The notes: generated by a model from the sequence alone, not told the origin. A stretch of DNA of 43,958 bases from Syntrophales bacterium (GCA_035625045.1 DASPQI010000462.1:1-43958), one strand, 5' to 3'. Numbered from the stretch's first letter, positions 17,313-26,186 are shown. Program-made: numbers and translations.

Positions 17313-18839
17313 ATGAATATCGGTGAGTGGATTTCCAAACGAGCGCTCCTCCACCCGGAAAAGCTTTTTTTAAAGGAAGAGGACGGCCGGGAATTCAATA
17401 ATGAAGAGTTTGACAGGCGCGTAAATCGCATGGCCCATGCCCTCAGTGAGTTGGGAATTGTCAAAGGTGAGCGGGTGGCAGTCCTGATGCTCAATTCCAG
17501 CGAGTTCCTGGAGATATTTTTTGCCTGCGGTAAAACAGGCGCGATCATGGTTCCCGTCAACTTCCGTCTCGCCGTACCGGAGCTGCTCTACATCCTCGGC
17601 GACTGCAACCCGCGGGTGCTGATCTATTCAACGGATTTTGCCGATAAGATCCGTGTGATTAAGGCTGCAGGTCTTCGCATCTCCCGTTATTTCCGGCACA
17701 GCGGAAATAACCTTCCCGATGATCCTTTAATAACAGATTTCGTCTCAAATTTTCCCGTAACCGAACCGGTGCCTGCGAGGGAGGTCACTCTGGATGATCC
17801 GCTTTTCATCATGTATACCTCAGGTACAACCGGCGACCCCAAAGGCGCCATGCTGTCGCACGGGAATATCCTGTTCGGAGCTATCCATTCCCTCATAGGA
17901 TACGGCGTTGATAAGACATACAAGTCGCTCGTTGTTGCGCCGCTGTTCCACATCGGGGCGCTGGCTGCCTCGGCAACGCCTGTAATATACGCCGGCGGTT
18001 CCCTTATTTTAAGGAGCTTTTACAATGCATCGGAGGCTATCAAATTAATCGTTCAGGAAAAAATCAACTATATGTTCACCGTACCGGTCATGTTCCAATT
18101 GATGACAAAATCTGAAGAATGGGATAATGCCGATTTCTCGCATGTTCATTTTTTCATATCCGGCGGCGCCCCTATCCCGATTCCGGTCATTCGCAAGTAT
18201 CAGGAGGATAAGGCTGTCGGTTTCGTACAGGGATATGGATTGACAGAGACGGGACGCCTGACCTCGCTTGATCTGGAGGATTCCATGCGGAAAGCGGGCT
18301 CCGTTGGCAAGGAGGTCTTTCACATTCAGCTGCGCATCGTCGATCAGCATGACATGGATGTTACTGCCGGAGAAGTAGGTGAAATCGTCGTCCGGGGTCC
18401 CAATGTTTTTATCTGCTATTGGAACAAACCACAGGAGACGGCAGAGGCTATGCGGGGCGGCTGGTTCCATACCGGTGATATGGGCAGGCGTGATGAAGAA
18501 GGCTTTATCTACGTTATCGGCAGAAAGCAGGAACTGATCATCAGTTCAGGAGAAAACATTTATCCGGCCGAGGTTGAAAGGGCTATTCAGACGCTCCCCC
18601 AGGTCAGGGAAGCCGCTGCCGTGGCCATGCCTGATCCCGCCCGGGGAGAGGTTGTGGCTGCCTTTGTTATACTGCATGAAGCACAGTTCTTAACGGAAGA
18701 GGAGCTGATCAATGCCCTTCAGGGACAGATTGCCAGTTTCAAGATACCGAAGAGGGTCTTTTTTGTGAATGACTTCCCCCGCAATACCACAGGCAAGATT
18801 CTGGTAAAGGAGTTAAAAAAACAACTGGCAAAAGGGTAA
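17313..18839 (+). CDS. AMP-dependent synthetase/ligase (acyl-CoA or acyl-ACP synthetase family)
   Basis: MYTSGTTGDPKGAM, QGYGLTET, WFHTGDMGRRDEEGFIYVIGRKQELIISSGENIYPAEVE, and a terminal GKILVKEL lysine. AGGAGG RBS. Confidence 0.9.
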   Translation: MNIGEWISKRALLHPEKLFLKEEDGREFNNEEFDRRVNRMAHALSELGIVKGERVAVLMLNSSEFLEIFFACGKTGAIMVPVNFRLAVPELLYILGDCNPRVLIYSTDFADKIRVIKAAGLRISRYFRHSGNNLPDDPLITDFVSNFPVTEPVPAREVTLDDPLFIMYTSGTTGDPKGAMLSHGNILFGAIHSLIGYGVDKTYKSLVVAPLFHIGALAASATPVIYAGGSLILRSFYNASEAIKLIVQEKINYMFTVPVMFQLMTKSEEWDNADFSHVHFFISGGAPIPIPVIRKYQEDKAVGFVQGYGLTETGRLTSLDLEDSMRKAGSVGKEVFHIQLRIVDQHDMDVTAGEVGEIVVRGPNVFICYWNKPQETAEAMRGGWFHTGDMGRRDEEGFIYVIGRKQELIISSGENIYPAEVERAIQTLPQVREAAAVAMPDPARGEVVAAFVILHEAQFLTEEELINALQGQIASFKIPKRVFFVNDFPRNTTGKILVKELKKQLAKG

Positions 18840-18846
18840 ATTTAAC

Positions 18847-19596
18847 TCAATCGCATGTAGGTACAGGGGACTTCACATAACGACTGCCGGTCCATATAAG
18901 GACGACGGCGAAGATGAATCTCAGTATATTCTCAGGCAGGAAATGGGCACATGATCCGCCGGCATACGTTCCTAAAATTATGCCCGGGACGATACCTTTC
19001 AAGAGATTTTCTTCCACGTTTCCCAGGCGCCAGTGAGTAAAAGCGCCGACAGCCGCTAGGGGTACCATGGCCAGCAGAGAACTGCCCTGAGCTGTATACT
19101 GGTCAAATCCAGCCAGGAGCACCATACCACCGATCATAAGGGGACCTCCCCCGACTCCCATTATTCCTGAAACAAATCCCGTCGCCGCTCCCGTAATGAG
19201 TAGAATCAGTATCTCCGACAGGCTCATATATGAATGGGAAAAAGACGGAAAATACGGTTTCAGCAAAAGAAAAAAGGAAACAAAGATCAAAAATACACCG
19301 AAGATCCGTTTCAGTTTTAGTTCCGGCACTTCACAGCAGTATTTAGCACCCACTCTGGCAGGCCAAAGTGCGGCAGCGGATACAATAATTGCGGCCCATA
19401 GGTCCAAGGCATCAAACGAGGCATAGGTGACGGCGCCAACGATTCCCGTGAATGTTACGGCGACAAGGCTTGTACCATGGGCCTTGTGCTGCCCTATACC
19501 CTTCAAACTGACCATTAGAGGAATCATGAGGACGCCTCCGCCAAGGCCAACCAAACCTCCAACGACTCCGGCAATCAACCCGATTAAAAAATTCAT
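18847..19596 (-). CDS. TauE/SafE (TSUP) family anion exporter/permease
   Basis: Polytopic Gly-rich membrane protein with an internal repeat (GLVGLGGGVLMIPLM and GIMGVGGGPLMIGGM). Confidence 0.8.
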   Translation of the reverse strand: MNFLIGLIAGVVGGLVGLGGGVLMIPLMVSLKGIGQHKAHGTSLVAVTFTGIVGAVTYASFDALDLWAAIIVSAAALWPARVGAKYCCEVPELKLKRIFGVFLIFVSFFLLLKPYFPSFSHSYMSLSEILILLITGAATGFVSGIMGVGGGPLMIGGMVLLAGFDQYTAQGSSLLAMVPLAAVGAFTHWRLGNVEENLLKGIVPGIILGTYAGGSCAHFLPENILRFIFAVVLIWTGSRYVKSPVPTCD

Positions 19597-19628
19597 TTTT
19601 TATCGACCTTAGCGTTTATATTAAACTG

Positions 19629-19644
19629 ATGGCACATGAATAGC
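19629..19644 (+). promoter_or_regulatory. Candidate sigma54 (-24/-12) promoter upstream of the GGDEF regulator
   Basis: TGGCAC (19629-19634), 5 nt, then TAGCA (19640-19644). GG-to-GC spacing is correct. Intergenic and oriented toward 19923. Confidence 0.4.
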
Positions 19645-19922
19645 ACTATGTATAGTTTATGCATAGTTAAAAAACATTACAACATTGATGACTTTTTCTA
19701 AAGTACAAACTAAAAATCGCCGATAAACACTTCAAGACCAAACAATTACGTTAATTCCATTATTTATATTTGCTTTCATTGGATGTGATTTAGGAAGGAG
19801 GCTTACTAAAATGGATATTTATCCTCCTTTCTTTTTTTCAATATCAGTGATATATCCTTAATGCCTTTAGGGAGAGCAAATAGAGAAAGAAAAAGCAAAA
19901 TAAATGTAACAGCAGGATAAAA

Positions 19923-21650
19923 TTGAAAGAAGAATCCAAGAGCGATGAAGCCGGAAATTTGAGGAAAGAGAATTCACCCCGAATTCTTGTCGTCGATGAT
20001 GCTCCGGAGATGCTGACATTTTTAACGGATATTCTGACCAGTCACAACTATCAGGTAAGCCCCTTCTCCAATGGTCATGCAGCACTGAAATCGGCGACAG
20101 TCGACGTGCCGGACCTGATCCTGCTGGATATAATAATGCCGGATATGGACGGCTTTGAGGTTTGTCATCATCTGAAATCCGACGAACGAAGCCGTATGAT
20201 CCCGGTGATCTTCATCAGCGGTCTTGAAGAGGTCTTCGATAAAGTCAAAGGTTTTGAAGCAGGGGGAGTTGACTACATCACTAAACCTTTTCAGCTAGCA
20301 GAGGTTTTAGCCCGGGTTGAAACGCATTTGGCTATACGTCGCTTGCAAAAACAACTGGAAGGACAAAACATTCGACTCCAGGAGGAAATCACCGAGCGTG
20401 AGCGGGTCGAAGATGATTTAAGAAAATACAAAGCCCACCTGGAAGAGATCGTTGCCCAGCGCACCGCGGAACTTCAACATGTAAACAAAGATCTTCAACA
20501 GGAAATCATTGAACGAGGAAAACTGGAAGAAGCATTGCAGCATGCTAATTACAAGCTTCATGCCATGGTTTATGAATACGGTCTGCGCAATCAAAGGATG
20601 TCTTTCTTTAATCAAATGTCAGAAAAACTTCAGGCCTGCATCTCGCTTGAAGAAACATATCCTGTCATCAGCCAGTTCATTCAGAAATTATTTCTCTCTG
20701 CGACAGGAGCCTTGTATATGTTAAACTCCTCCAGTAATGAACTCGAAGCCACCACATACTGGGGAAAATCGCTTTCAGGTGAAAAAAAGTTTTCCCTGGA
20801 AGATTGCCGGGCTCTGCGGGAAAGAAAGATGCATATTACGATTGATTCTAGACCGGATACATGCTGTCGGCATCTATCCGATGTCCAAGGAAGAAGCAGT
20901 ATCTGTGTCCCCCTGTTATCTCAAGGTGAAACTATGGGAATGCTGCATATACAGCAGCGTACTTCTCATGGATCAAAATCCGCCAAAACGGTATTTGATG
21001 AATCCTCTGAAGGAATAAATGAGGAAATGCAGCAATTAGCTATCACTGTGGCCGACTATCTTGCCCTGTCGCTGGCAAACATAAAACTGAGAGATAAACT
21101 GAAACAACAGGCCATCCGTGATCCTCTTACTGGTCTTTTTAATCGCCGTTACATGGAGGAAACCCTTAGTCGTGAGATAAGGCGAGCTGAGCGTTACAGA
21201 ACCCCCCTCGGAATTATTATGGTTGATCTTGATCACTTCCGACGATTCAACAATACTTTTGGGCATGACGCGGGGGATGTGGTGCTGCAAGACATGGGGA
21301 AATTCCTGCAAAATAATGTTCGTATGGAAGATGTGGCTTGCCGGTATGGTGGGGAAGAGTTTACCCTGATAATGCCTGGGGCATCTCTGGATGTCACTGA
21401 GAAGCGAGCCGAGACATTACGACAAAAAGTTCAGGATTTAAAAATTTACTATAACAATAAATTGCTTGATAGTATCACGCTTTCTCTGGGAGTAGCTGTC
21501 TTTCCCGAGCATGGTTCAACTGGGGAGGAAGTTATTCAGGCGGCTGATGTCGCCCTATACAGGGCAAAGCATGAGGGACGTAATCGGGTAGCGGTAGCAA
21601 ACAATGGAAAGCACGCACCTACCATGCAGATTCCCACGTCCAAAACTTAA
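19923..21650 (+). CDS. Response regulator - coiled coil - GAF - GGDEF diguanylate cyclase
   Basis: Receiver ILVVDDAPEM...LILLDIIMPDMDGF...KP, a long coiled coil, then a GGDEF domain with RDPLTGLFNRR, an intact GGEEF and the RxxD I-site (RMED) 5 residues upstream. TTG start. Confidence 0.85.
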   Translation: MKEESKSDEAGNLRKENSPRILVVDDAPEMLTFLTDILTSHNYQVSPFSNGHAALKSATVDVPDLILLDIIMPDMDGFEVCHHLKSDERSRMIPVIFISGLEEVFDKVKGFEAGGVDYITKPFQLAEVLARVETHLAIRRLQKQLEGQNIRLQEEITERERVEDDLRKYKAHLEEIVAQRTAELQHVNKDLQQEIIERGKLEEALQHANYKLHAMVYEYGLRNQRMSFFNQMSEKLQACISLEETYPVISQFIQKLFLSATGALYMLNSSSNELEATTYWGKSLSGEKKFSLEDCRALRERKMHITIDSRPDTCCRHLSDVQGRSSICVPLLSQGETMGMLHIQQRTSHGSKSAKTVFDESSEGINEEMQQLAITVADYLALSLANIKLRDKLKQQAIRDPLTGLFNRRYMEETLSREIRRAERYRTPLGIIMVDLDHFRRFNNTFGHDAGDVVLQDMGKFLQNNVRMEDVACRYGGEEFTLIMPGASLDVTEKRAETLRQKVQDLKIYYNNKLLDSITLSLGVAVFPEHGSTGEEVIQAADVALYRAKHEGRNRVAVANNGKHAPTMQIPTSKT

Positions 21651-21682
21651 CTATACTTCAAGTGCAAAGTTGCTCCTTCTCC

Positions 21683-21712
21683 TTGACACACAGGATTATC
21701 TTACCTTATACT
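21683..21712 (+). promoter_or_regulatory. Candidate sigma70 promoter
   Basis: TTGACA (21683-21688), 18 nt, then TATACT (21707-21712). It lies 225 nt upstream of the XRE-cupin gene. Confidence 0.4.
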
Positions 21713-21938
21713 AGTCCCATCGGGAAATTATCTTTTTAAAAAACACAATACCAACTTGTGTTCAAAAAGCTGCATAATAACACTTAGTCATCGAGAAGGA
21801 ACTGAAACAATTTCAATTTGAATTGATACATTGCTTCACTCCTCATAATAACATTGCGGCAATTTGAATGATCGGCAACTATAATTTTTCCTTTGAGCAC
21901 AATTTTCGTCAGGAAATAACTGCCACCGAGGTGAAGAG

Positions 21939-22541
21939 ATGACACAAAATGAAGATAAGAACACAGCAATTGAAGGATTAAGAATCGGAAGAACTGTAAA
22001 AGAATTCCGTCATAAAAAGCACATCACCCTTCAGGACCTGGCAGCCAGAACCGGTATCCCCAAGTCCGTTTTAGCCGAGATTGAAAATGGCGATGTGGTA
22101 CCCCCTGTAGCCACACTCCTTAAACTGGCGAAGGCATTCAATGTGGGCATGGCCTCTTTCTTTGAGGAGGAAGCGCCCGGCATGAAAATATCCGTCACCC
22201 GGAGCGGAGAAAGAATCAGAATTAAGCGGCGGCCGCATCACCATGAAGGAGAAGTAGATTACATCTATGAATCTCTTGAGACGCATAAAGCCGACAAACA
22301 CATGGAACCGCTCCTGGTCGAATTTCAGCCTTTAGACACGGGTGACATGGTTTTTACAAATCATGAAGGGGAAGAATTCATCTTTGTCCTTGAAGGAAGA
22401 CTTGAATTCCGCACCGACGACCGCATGGAAATACTCGAATCTGGTGACACACTTTACTTTGAATCGGACATAAATCACGCTTTTCGATCTCTGGACGAAA
22501 AACCTGCAAGAGCAATTGCGGTAGTCTGGAACAAGGTATAA
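21939..22541 (+). CDS. XRE-family HTH plus cupin-domain transcriptional regulator
   Basis: HTH ITLQDLAARTGIPKSVLAEIENGD and a C-terminal cupin (HEGEEFIFVLEGRLEF...GDTLYFESDINHAF). Confidence 0.85.
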   Translation: MTQNEDKNTAIEGLRIGRTVKEFRHKKHITLQDLAARTGIPKSVLAEIENGDVVPPVATLLKLAKAFNVGMASFFEEEAPGMKISVTRSGERIRIKRRPHHHEGEVDYIYESLETHKADKHMEPLLVEFQPLDTGDMVFTNHEGEEFIFVLEGRLEFRTDDRMEILESGDTLYFESDINHAFRSLDEKPARAIAVVWNKV

Positions 22542-22560
22542 AAAGGGCGGGCGGTTGATC

Positions 22561-23139
22561 ATGCTAGAAATTCGCTTTCATGGGCGTGGTGGTCAGGGGA
22601 CAGTGGTGGCGACAATCCTGCTTGCCAAGGCATTTTTTCGGGCCGGGTACCAGGTTCAAAGCTTTCCTTTCTTCGGTGTCGAGAGACGCGGGGCCCCTGT
22701 AGAAGCCTACGTCCGTCTCAACAAAGAAAGGATTCTCCTCAGGACAAATGTATATTATCCGGATCATGTTGTGGTCCAGGACCAGACCCTTCTTCATGGT
22801 ATCAATGTCACAAGGGGACTCAAGCCCGGCGGCTGGATTCTGATTAACAGCTCTGCCGCCCCTGCCGACAGAACACCTTTTATCGGCTACCGGCTGGCCT
22901 TCGTGGATGCGAACCGGATTGCCTTAAGACACCAACTGGGGACGCGGACACACCCCATTGTCAATACGGCCATGATAGGGGCTTTGGCTCGCGTGATAGA
23001 CATGCCTCCGCTGGATGCCATTCGCGAGGTTATCCGGGAAGAGGTCCCCGACACCTCAGAGATAAATATATCGGCTGCGGAAGATGCTTACAGAGAGGTG
23101 CAACTTCCGGGACTAATCGAGCCGGTTGTAAAGGAATGA
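22561..23139 (+). CDS. 2-oxoacid:ferredoxin oxidoreductase, gamma subunit
   Basis: MLEIRFHGRGGQGTVVA...FPFFGVERRGAPV. The ATG at 22561 fits the family N-terminus better than the TTG at 22555. Confidence 0.85.
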   Translation: MLEIRFHGRGGQGTVVATILLAKAFFRAGYQVQSFPFFGVERRGAPVEAYVRLNKERILLRTNVYYPDHVVVQDQTLLHGINVTRGLKPGGWILINSSAAPADRTPFIGYRLAFVDANRIALRHQLGTRTHPIVNTAMIGALARVIDMPPLDAIREVIREEVPDTSEINISAAEDAYREVQLPGLIEPVVKE

Positions 23140-23142
23140 ATT

Positions 23143-24891
23143 ATGATTGAGGCGGAGAACACGATTCCTCTATTGGTACCTTGCTCCTCCATGTCCACGG
23201 AAAGCAACAAGACCGGTTCATGGCGTTTTCTCCGGCCCCTGTATGATGAAAAGACATCCCCGTGCAGTGCGGCCTGCCCGGCAGGTGAAGACATCGCCAG
23301 GATCGAGATGCTGATTGCCCAGGGAATGTTCAAGGAGGCGTGGGAAACAATTCTCAGGGAAAATCCTTTTCCGGCCGTATGCGGGCGGATTTGCCCGCAC
23401 CCTTGCGAGGGGCTGTGCAATCGCAGAGAGTTTGACGAAGCCATAGCCATCCATACGATTGAGCGGTTTCTTGCAGAAACGGCAAGCCGTTATGAACTGA
23501 AACCTTCCCTGCCGCGGCTTGTTGCCAAAAAAGAAAAGATAGCAGTGGTGGGAGCAGGACCGGCGGGTATTGCCGCCGCTTATTTTCTTCTCCAGTTGGG
23601 ATATTACTGTGATGTTTTCGAAGCCATGCCGGAGGCGGGCGGACTTATGCGCTGGGGAATTCCACTTTACCGTCTTCCCCTTCCCGCCCTGAGAAATGAA
23701 ATCGCCCAGATCGAATCTCAGGGTGTCCGCATTCACACAGGACAACGAATTGACAAAAAATTCCTGCAGGATGCCAGAAGCCGGTACAATGCCGTCTTCA
23801 TCGGCTGTGGACACCCCCGAACTGCACAGATCGGTATTCCAGGCGAGGGGATAAGCGCCGTAGAAAATGGACTGGAATTCCTGGAGCGGATTCGACGCGG
23901 CGAATCGATTTCACTAAGTGGTCTGTCGGCCGTCATCGGTGGGGGGAATACGGCAATCGACGTGGCGAGGAGTATCGTCCGCCTTGGCGGCAAGGCCTTG
24001 ATTTTGTATAGGCGCCGGCGCCGTGATATGCCCGCCTTTGAGGAAGAAGTTCAGATGGCTCTTGAAGAGGGTGTGGGACTCAGAGAGGTTGTTGCTCCGG
24101 TAAAGATCATAGAGGATGGCGGGCAATGTATTTTGACATTACAGGAGATGAAAATCTCCGGTGAAGACAGCCGCGGCAAGGCGAATATCCTTCCGGATGA
24201 AGGAAAAACCAGTGAACTTCGTGTCCAGCATGTTTACAAGGCAACCGGTGCTGAACCTGCCGAAGACTGGCTTAATCCGACTGAAAAACCGGGGACATCC
24301 CTGGCGCTGACGAATGCCCTCCTTGTCCGTCCCGATAAGGGGCCAGTCCTGGTTTTCGGGGGGGATATGATAAATGAGACAAAGAGCGTCGCGCATGCAG
24401 TGGCTTCCGGGAAACAGGCAGCAATGGCACTGGATGTTTTCTTTCAAGACGGTATCGAGGCTGTTGTGCCGAAACTGCGGGCATGCCTGGTGGGACAGGG
24501 GCCGTCACTTTCCATGGAAGTGTACATGGGAGGAGACCGCCGCTCAAGAAATCCTCACATTGTCTGCTATGAGGAAATCAATACAGATCATTTCCAGTTC
24601 CAGCCGAGGATTACGCAGCCGCGCCTCCTGAGAGAAGAGCGTCTCAGATCCTTTGAGGAGATCGACCTTAAAATTTCCGCCAATCTGGCCATCCGTGAAG
24701 CCGATCGCTGCTTCAACTGCGGGATTTGCAACCGGTGCGACAACTGCTACATGTTTTGCCCGGATATTGCGGTGATCCGTGAAAAGGACGGTCAGGAAAG
24801 GTGCATCGATTATGACTACTGCAAGGGGTGCGGGCTCTGCGTTGTTGAATGCCCGCGCAACGCTATGACCCTTAAGGAGGAAGAGCTATGA
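23143..24891 (+). CDS. Fusion protein: GltD/NfnB/SudA-like FAD- and NAD(P)H-binding oxidoreductase plus C-terminal 2x[4Fe-4S] delta subunit of 2-oxoacid:ferredoxin oxidoreductase
   Basis: N-terminal Cys cluster CSAACPAGEDI...NPFPAVCGRICPHPCEGLCNR. Dinucleotide folds KIAVVGAGPAGIAAAYFL and AVIGGGNTAIDVAR. C-terminus CFNCGICNRCDNCYMFCPD...YCKGCGLCVVECPRNAM. It occupies the delta slot between the gamma and alpha genes. Confidence 0.8.
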   Translation: MIEAENTIPLLVPCSSMSTESNKTGSWRFLRPLYDEKTSPCSAACPAGEDIARIEMLIAQGMFKEAWETILRENPFPAVCGRICPHPCEGLCNRREFDEAIAIHTIERFLAETASRYELKPSLPRLVAKKEKIAVVGAGPAGIAAAYFLLQLGYYCDVFEAMPEAGGLMRWGIPLYRLPLPALRNEIAQIESQGVRIHTGQRIDKKFLQDARSRYNAVFIGCGHPRTAQIGIPGEGISAVENGLEFLERIRRGESISLSGLSAVIGGGNTAIDVARSIVRLGGKALILYRRRRRDMPAFEEEVQMALEEGVGLREVVAPVKIIEDGGQCILTLQEMKISGEDSRGKANILPDEGKTSELRVQHVYKATGAEPAEDWLNPTEKPGTSLALTNALLVRPDKGPVLVFGGDMINETKSVAHAVASGKQAAMALDVFFQDGIEAVVPKLRACLVGQGPSLSMEVYMGGDRRSRNPHIVCYEEINTDHFQFQPRITQPRLLREERLRSFEEIDLKISANLAIREADRCFNCGICNRCDNCYMFCPDIAVIREKDGQERCIDYDYCKGCGLCVVECPRNAMTLKEEEL

Positions 24892-26036
24892 AACGGGTCA
24901 TTGAAGGAAGCCATGCCGTTGCCGAAGCGGTCCGTCTGGCAGGGGTTCAGGTGATTTCCGCATATCCCATCACACCCCAGACCCATATCGTGGAAATTCT
25001 CTCCGAATACTGTGCCAGCGGAACCATGAACGCCCGTTTCCTTCGTGTTGAGAGCGAACATTCTGCCCTGGCCGCGCTGATCGGGGCGCAGAGCTGCGGG
25101 GTGCGGACATTTACCGCCACCGCATCACAGGGCCTTGCCCTAATGCATGAACTCCTGCACTGGACCTCTGGTGCGCGACTGCCGATCGTCATGGCCGAAG
25201 TGAACCGTGCGCTTGCGCCCGGATGGAACATCTGGACCGATCAGACCGACAGCCTTGCCCAGCGCGACACCGGCTGGATACAGATGTATTGTGAAGACGG
25301 CCAGGAGGTTTTGGATTCAATGCTCCAGGCGTATCGTCTCGCGGAGCGTGTATACCTGCCCGTGATGGTGGTACTCGATGCCTTCTACCTTTCCCACACC
25401 TATGAGTCCGTCGATGTACCTACCCAGGAAGAGGTTGACCGTTTTCTTCCCCGGTATCAGCCGCGATTCCAGCTGGATACGGAAAACCCCTGCGCCTTCG
25501 GCCAGCTTGTACCGCCCGGCGCCTATATGAAAATGCGTTACGACATCGCCGGGGCCATGGAGGAGTCTCAGAATTTCCTTGACGGGATTCAGGAGGAATT
25601 TTACGGGATCTTCCAGCGCCGCTACGATCCCGTGGAGGCCATTTGCTGCGAAGATGCAGAAATCATCTTTATAACCTCCGGCACGGTCACCAGTACGTGC
25701 CGTCTTGTGATTCAAAATCTACGGGCTAAGGGAGAGAAGGTCGGCATCCTTAAGATGAAGTTATTCCGCCCTTTCCCTGTAGCTATGGTTCGTGAGGCCT
25801 CATCACGCGCAAAAAAAATAGCCGTCATCGACCGGAACTTTTCTTTCGGAGCGAGCGGCATCTTTGCCCAGGAGGTGCGTGCCGCGTTATGCAATGTTCC
25901 CGAACATCCCCCCGTGTTCGGCTACATAGCCGGGATCGGCGGCCTCGATGTTACGGTGGAGCTGCTGGAGGAAATATACTGGAAAACCAAAAATACCGCA
26001 TTCCCTGAGAAGGAAAGCGTATGGATGGGAATTTAG
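24888..26036 (+). CDS. 2-oxoacid:ferredoxin oxidoreductase, alpha subunit
   Basis: EGSHAVAEAVRLAGVQVISAYPITPQT...ESEHSA. ATGA overlap with the upstream gene. Confidence 0.9.
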   Translation: MKRVIEGSHAVAEAVRLAGVQVISAYPITPQTHIVEILSEYCASGTMNARFLRVESEHSALAALIGAQSCGVRTFTATASQGLALMHELLHWTSGARLPIVMAEVNRALAPGWNIWTDQTDSLAQRDTGWIQMYCEDGQEVLDSMLQAYRLAERVYLPVMVVLDAFYLSHTYESVDVPTQEEVDRFLPRYQPRFQLDTENPCAFGQLVPPGAYMKMRYDIAGAMEESQNFLDGIQEEFYGIFQRRYDPVEAICCEDAEIIFITSGTVTSTCRLVIQNLRAKGEKVGILKMKLFRPFPVAMVREASSRAKKIAVIDRNFSFGASGIFAQEVRAALCNVPEHPPVFGYIAGIGGLDVTVELLEEIYWKTKNTAFPEKESVWMGI

Positions 26037-26045
26037 GTGTTATTA

Positions 26046-26075
26046 CGACCACCCCAACCCCCGCCAGCGGGGGAC
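26046..26075. repeat. GC-rich palindromic repeat (family 1 core), copy A, inside the alpha-beta intercistronic gap
   Basis: GACCACCCCAACCCCCGCCAGCGGGGGACA is almost identical to 29018-29049. It contains the CCCCCGC/GCGGGGG palindrome. Confidence 0.8.
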
Positions 26076-26186
26076 ATCAGGAATAACTCCTTTCCTTGCC
26101 GGTGGAATGGTCCTAAAAAAGTTCAAACTCCAATCCTTCTTTTGCAAAAGGGGATTTAAAGGACATAATATAGCAAGAGGTTAATC

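Noticed and set aside
21742-21762. Hairpin AACACAA-taccaac-TTGTGTT with a T-run on the minus strand between the GGDEF gene and the XRE regulator
   Set aside because: No credible minus-strand gene lies upstream of it (the 61-aa ORF 21784-21969 overlaps the XRE start and looks spurious), and the stem is AT-rich. The evidence is insufficient to call a terminator.
25948-26184. 78-aa ORF in the porA-porB gap, 84-aa ORF at 28996-29250, 130-aa ORF at 34115-34507, and 80-aa ORF at 13551-13793
   Set aside because: These are translations of palindromic repeat elements (for example PPLAGVGGG, HCEELRDAAIS). They lack RBSs and sit in repeat-filled spacers.
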